Assembly (NCBI GenBank): GCA_037379345.1
Contig: CM074511.1
Coordinates: 57,852,862-57,916,861 of the forward strand
DNA from: Perna viridis
Lineage: Eukaryota
Direction of reading: 5' to 3'
Length of the DNA: 64,000 nucleotides
Below, in pieces: positions 59,975-64,000 of this stretch (positions are counted from its first letter, which is position 1; every line of letters starts with the position of its first letter). A program made the position numbers and the translations under genes. Below the pieces are notes generated by a model. The model had not been told where the DNA came from. It searched no databases and was given only the letters and a program-made list of their open reading frames with translations.

Positions 59975-62930
59975 CGAGTCTCCCTTAAACCATTATGCCA
60001 GAGCTTGCCGAAACTACGTAGGGTTATGTTGCTACAAGATTGAAGTCATCACTACAGACGTTTTATGGTCGTCATCATGAACTAGCGGATCGCCACGGTG
60101 TATCCATCTGCGCCATGGAAACTGATTTATTCAACGTGTCATCGTTTTTCTTTTCTCTTTCGTCTTCCCCGGACATGACTTTTTATGGACAACTCGGCGG
60201 GTGTTTCTTGAAAAGCAGAGGACGCTTACCCTACCGGTGCACTTGGTCCATGCTCCCAGTTTTTAGTGGAGTCCGAGTTGCTCATTTTGTTACTTTGTAT
60301 GTATGATTTTAGTTACTTTATGTTCTTTGTTGTGTATGTCTGCTTTCCAAGTCTGGTCTTTGTACCTGGAATACATACTTTTGATTACGGCTATAACCTT
60401 GGTTCCATTGATTACTCTTTCACACCACTGGGTCGATACCGCTGCTGGCGAATTTTGTCCCCGAGGGTATCATCAACCCAGTAATACAATTTAAAAATTG
60501 ATGATTTAACTCAAGGAATGAAAGAAAACCTTACTCGGACCTCGCCCAGTATAAAAAGGTCCGAACCTGACAGCAGATCGGACACACTGTTGTCTTGTAT
60601 GACTGTGGTGTCCCCAGATGTCAATCTTAGCACGCTCACATCTTGTATGGATAGTGACCCGACCATTGGAACAAAAAGTACCCAATCACACGTTCAGCCT
60701 GCAGACCATATATTCCAATACAAAAATTCTGACCATTTCAAAATAATCAAACCATGTTCCATCACTTTAAATGATATATTTGACTACAACGATGACGAAC
60801 AACATTGTACTATATTAAAATGTGGTATTAAAAATTGCAAAACATGCAGCATTCTTAAAACCGACTCTTACTTCTCTAGTTCCCTTACAAACAACAAATC
60901 AACAAACATATGTGGTTTAGTTCTTTAGTGAAACACAAGAACGATTAAACTAAAGAATGTGCGGTCATCGTTCGGGAAATAACACCACCAAATTCCCGGC
61001 AGTCTATCAACATTTAAATCAACAAGATCATTCAATCCTCTCTATGAAAGTTCGTATTTTAGAAAAAAATTACCATATTACGAACAGTCCCGTTCTAAGT
61101 ACAAAAATATCGTATGGAAAGATAGGAGTATTGGATACGCAGACTAGATACTGCAATACCTTATGGATGCAGTTACAACATCAAAAGTATAGGAAACCTC
61201 TCAAGCCAATATAACAATAGAATAACGGTGATGCATTTATTTAACACTAATCCAAGTCGGGAAAGGAGTCATCGCCGTCGCCAATATACGTCACCTAAGT
61301 TACATGATGTCTCCATAGACAGTCTTCAATGGTTCAATACCTCGCACTCTACTACACTCCCTGTACAAAACAAGTCTTGACACTCCTGTTTTGGAACCTA
61401 CCTCATCATTTTGGATATTGGTTTCCATAGACTCTATAAACCAGTTTGTGTGAAAAGTCAAGATGAAGAAAAACGATCATTTATTCCACTGCTGTTTGTC
61501 AACAAAGGTATAGATACAGTTAATTTGGTTAACATCCTTCATCACAAAAATGTTACTAACAAAATGTCTCCATATTTCAAAGACAAATCCATACCAATTA
61601 TTTCTTATTCCTATACTTCACCCATTGCATCCAAAATTTTCAATAATAAAAGGCTATTGCAGAACCTCGAGATTGAGGACTTAAAGGCTAAACCACCTGA
61701 CTGTTCTTGCAAAAACTCTCCATTCTAATATGGTCCTTCCGGGCACGTCGTTACGGGAGATTTAACCATAATCGAAAACGAATCTCTGCGTAATATCCTT
61801 TCTAAAGGTCCGAAATATCGTGAACCACGCTCCATAAATTGGAATTATAACTTTAAAGTACTTATGAATGGCATAAAGGACTATGCAAGAAAATGGATAG
61901 AATGAGAACATGAAGACATTGATTCTCTGTCAGAGTGGTTAAAGGCTGTGAGGTCTTAAATTTTGTAACAAATGAAAGTTTTAAGTAGGTCAATGAGTGC
62001 CATTGCTACATCAGTTTTCAAAGACCCCGATGTAGCAAAAATTGTCTACTATACATGACAAATACGTTGTCGTACCAACAGACAAAGCCCAAAAACATTG
62101 TTTTTGTCTGTAAAACATTTTACATCCAATGTTTATTATCAGAGGTAGACGTAGAAACTAATAGCAGTGATAAGACCTATACTGCTACCACACTCTCCAA
62201 AGAAAAGATTGTGGAAAACCAAAAATCTGTGCTATCCTCTTTTGGTTTCCCTACAAAGGACGATGATTATGATTTTCCGTCTATATACTGTAGTCCTAAA
62301 CTCTACAAGAATCCATACAAACAACGCTACATAGCTGGATCTGCAAAATGTACCACCAAACCTCCTCTTTCAAAACTTATAACTTCTACACTCACATCTG
62401 TTGAAGAGGGTCTGCAGTCCTACCACAACACCTAGTAGTGGTATTAATTCTATGTGGATCCTGAAAAATTCGAAAGATCTTTTGGAGACAATCAGTTCAA
62501 GACTATTAACAGAATATAATAGCATTAAAACCTATGATTTTTCAACACTGTATACTTCTATTCCCCATACTCAGTTAAGATCCCGACTTAAAAACATTAT
62601 ACATCGTTGTTTTTTTCCAAAAAAGATGGTACACCTAGATACAATTATACAGTTATTGGTAGAGATTCCTCATACTTTGTGAAAAATAATTCCAAATCAT
62701 TTTTCAAATATACAGAGGAGGATGTTTACAAAATGTTGGAACTTTTAATCGACAGCACTATTTGTCCAGTGTGGCGGGCGTGTTTTTCAACAAACGGTCG
62801 GCATTCCAATGGAAACAAATTGTGCTCCTTTACTTGCTAACCTATTCATTCACTCTTATGAGGCTGACTTTATCGCTGATCCAATCCGAAAGAAAGAATA
62901 TCGTTCAGCTAGATCCTTTAACCTCAGTTA
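59975..62930 (+). mobile_element. Penelope-like retroelement with N-terminal GIY-YIG endonuclease (Naiad/Chlamys architecture), decayed and 3'-truncated, preceded by its own 3' end (pLTR)
   Basis: 59975-60420 carries the ORF C-terminus (YARACRNY, RLKSSLQTFYGRHHEL) plus UTR. From 60518 come CGIKNCKTC, ICGLV, RMCGHRS, YQHLNQQDH, EYWIRRL...PYGC (endonuclease), then SKGPKYREP, PKLYKNPYKQRYIAGS, TYDFSTLYTSIPH, QQTVGIPM.TNCAPLLANLF (RT). It breaks just before YxDD and has many stops and frameshifts. Confidence 0.88.
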
Positions 62931-63054
62931 ACCTTCATGTCTTCTCTCAACATCGGAACAATATGTGAGGGACCTCCTCGATTCTGGTAGTACCAGAGAA
63001 GAGTATCTAAAACTTTTAAGCGAAAAGTTTGGTTATATAATCAAGGTGAAGATT

Positions 63055-63830
63055 ATATAGAATACCGCAGGAAATTATCTCTCGTTGACTGGGATGTATT
63101 TTTTCACAATAATGACATCAACAAGACAACAATTGATACAACTGATTGTATTCTAGAAGCGGCTCAGGCAACAATACCTAGCCGAATCATAACTGTTCGT
63201 AACGACGAACCGCGATGACTTACTAGTAATTTTCGCCGACGCATGCGTCAGGAAAAGTTGGATCCATAAAAAAGCGGAGGCGTACAGACAATCCTGGCGA
63301 TTGGGAAAAGTTGGTACAATTCGCAATAAAGTAACACATCTTATTCGTAAATATCAGAGCGATTATCAAAATAAATTGATAAATGACTTATCTGAGATCA
63401 AATCTTCGTCTCATTCTTGCTGGAAGACATGAAATTCTATAACGGGCATGAAATCTTCCCACTCGGGTATTCCTCCTTTCGTGAGAGATGATAACCTCAT
63501 TTTCGACAAACTCAAAAAAAGCGAACATGTTCAACGAATATTTTGCTTCACAGTCTGTATTAGACAATACTAATGCTACTTTACCAGAATTACCTCTTAA
63601 CGGACCACAAAACCTTGATAATATCATGATAACCGAGCGCGATGTTAATGATGTATTATCTATATCAAATGCACCAAAAGCTTCCGGACCTGACTTGATA
63701 AATCCGCGTCTTTTAAAGGAAGCTGCTCGCGAACTTACCTACCCTTAATGCAAGCTACTTCCATCTTCTTGAAAAAGAGCAAACGTGACTCCGGTCTAAA
63801 AGCACCTAGTGATGTAAAGATAAAAAAACA
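63055..63830 (+). mobile_element. CR1/L2-group LINE ORF2 fragment, decayed
   Basis: LSLVDWD, IPSRIITVR, KANMFNEYFASQS, KASGPDLINPRLLKEAARELTYP, ANVTPV. Confidence 0.85.
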
Positions 63831-64000
63831 CTCAGAATCAGAAACCTATTTGACTCGAACGGAATCTATATCAATGCTGCTTCGTGCTTTGTTGGAACTA
63901 GTCTGTTGATATATACATCGTTTTGTTATATTTCTGTCTAATGTCAATTCAGTGAATATGTAACAGCAGTCATGACTTGAAACTGTGACTTTTGCAATAT

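Noticed and set aside
60427-60482. SECIS-like ATGA...AAAA...GA pattern
   Set aside because: It lies on the strand opposite the ORF, and plain GATACC/GGTATC pairing explains it.
60518-62930. Selenocysteine recoding in the Naiad-type ORF
   Set aside because: The visible Cys motifs use TGT/TGC. The TGA near 61903 sits at a non-Cys position among many other stops and frameshifts.

Overview
AT-rich, intron-containing animal DNA. The repeat content suggests a bivalve mollusc; this is an inference. Four spliced protein-coding genes can be rebuilt with phase-consistent GT-AG exons: (1) the 3' ten exons of a divergent methylcrotonyl-CoA carboxylase beta-like paralog (760-7113, +); (2) a 251-aa three-TM orphan membrane protein (16620-19373, +); (3) a 613-aa secreted orphan protein with a mucin-like tract (23538-35240, +); (4) a prostanoid EP4-like GPCR (48829-43329, -). 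The rest is mostly decayed mobile DNA: a Penelope-like element with an N-terminal GIY-YIG (Naiad-type) plus six dispersed 3'-end copies, an internally inverted DIRS/Ngaro element, two LINE fragments, a SINE-like element lacking a tRNA head, a Helentron-type element and several MITEs, some nested. The most unusual signals are a GC-rich structured non-coding island at about 9.98-10.76 kb with two covarying copies of a hatchet-ribozyme-like RNA motif, a carboxyltransferase paralog that has lost its biotin-side motifs, and a 52-bp minisatellite grown from a coding micro-exon. No rRNA, tRNA or CRISPR is supported. Family assignments are by motif recognition from memory; no searches were run.
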